NCBI GenBank assembly: GCA_007279945.1
Contig: QYPG01000013.1
Span: forward strand, 31,849 to 55,848
Length of the DNA: 24,000 bases
Origin: Streptomycetaceae bacterium
GTDB taxonomy: Bacteria > Actinomycetota > Actinomycetes > Nanopelagicales > Nanopelagicaceae
Reading direction: 5' to 3'
The translations under genes were made by a program, and so were the position numbers. Each line of letters begins with the position of its first letter. The first letter of the stretch is position 1. Below are positions 23,933 through 24,000 of this stretch, in pieces. The notes below the pieces were generated by a model. That model was not told the DNA's origin and made no database searches. It worked only from the letters and a program-made list of their open reading frames with translations.

Positions 23933-24000
23933 TGGCAGATAAAGATATGTGGTCAAAAAAAGCGGCCGCTTTTACATCCGATGCAAAGATTTTTATCGAT
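23933..24000 (+). CDS. 5' end of an unidentified CDS (runs off the window)
   Basis: ATG at 23933, open to the window end (MADKDMWSKKAAAFTSDAKIFID...). It is preceded by TAGCAT (23921..23926) + 6 nt, the same leaderless geometry seen at six other genes. Too short to identify. Confidence 0.35.

Noticed and set aside
23959-23974. Perfect 16-nt palindrome AAAAGCGGCCGCTTTT, 32 nt after the TauE/SafE stop, as a bidirectional terminator
   Set aside because: It could only form a 6-bp stem with a GGCC loop. That is much weaker than the pstS terminator. It also lies inside the putative leaderless ORF starting at 23933. The call stays unresolved, so I made none.
1-24000. Remaining short ORFs in the six-frame track, for example 82..270, 497..766, 3873..4121, 5075..5398, 5503..5961, 6032..6370, 7814..8134, 9594..9923, 10395..10658, 10895..11194, 12472..12750, 14063..14398, 20442..20756, 22100..22381 and 23537..23956
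   Set aside because: All lie inside, or antisense to, longer ORFs with clear family motifs. Their translations are low-complexity or Arg/Ser/Pro-rich, as expected for shadow frames.
1-24000. Mobile elements, CRISPR arrays, tRNA/rRNA genes and long dispersed repeats
   Set aside because: I saw no transposase- or integrase-like translations, no regularly spaced direct repeats, no cloverleaf-like or rRNA-like segments, and no spacer large enough to hide one. A short tRNA-like or sRNA element cannot be fully excluded without a scan.

Overview
The window looks like chromosomal DNA from a streamlined, mid-GC actinobacterium. I infer this from a SenX3/RegX3-type phosphate two-component system divergent from phoU, a bPH-type PH-domain membrane protein, many 4-nt gene overlaps, and apparently leaderless promoters. 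I saw no rRNA, tRNA, CRISPR array, transposase or integrase.

Gene content, left to right:
- A MarR regulator (cut by the window edge), divergent from an M13 zinc peptidase plus tgt.
- A minus-strand family-5 (peptide/nickel type) ABC importer: binding protein, oversized permease, permease, fused double ATPase. A plus-strand PH-domain gene interrupts it.
- A half-length MFS remnant.
- A complete phosphate locus in non-canonical order: phoU-pstC-pstA-pstB, then a separately promoted pstS.
- A divergent senX3-regX3 pair, where the kinase has no membrane anchor.
- A YjjI-family glycyl-radical enzyme with a minimal radical-SAM activase.
- A convergent class-III aminotransferase (GabT-like).
- A divergent fold-I Orn/Lys/Arg-type decarboxylase with a TauE/SafE permease.

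The most interesting item is the function-unknown YjjI/YjjW-like glycyl-radical pair. It sits directly behind the Pho regulators and beside amine and anion-export genes. Sequence-level regulatory observations:
- An 11-nt-periodic (G/A)TTCA repeat-plus-promoter module is shared by pstS and phoU.
- A TAnnnT hexamer lies 6-7 nt before the start codon of seven operon-leading genes.
- A codon-aligned antisense ORF exactly fills the gap in the ABC operon.

All family assignments rest on motifs read by eye. No database search was run.
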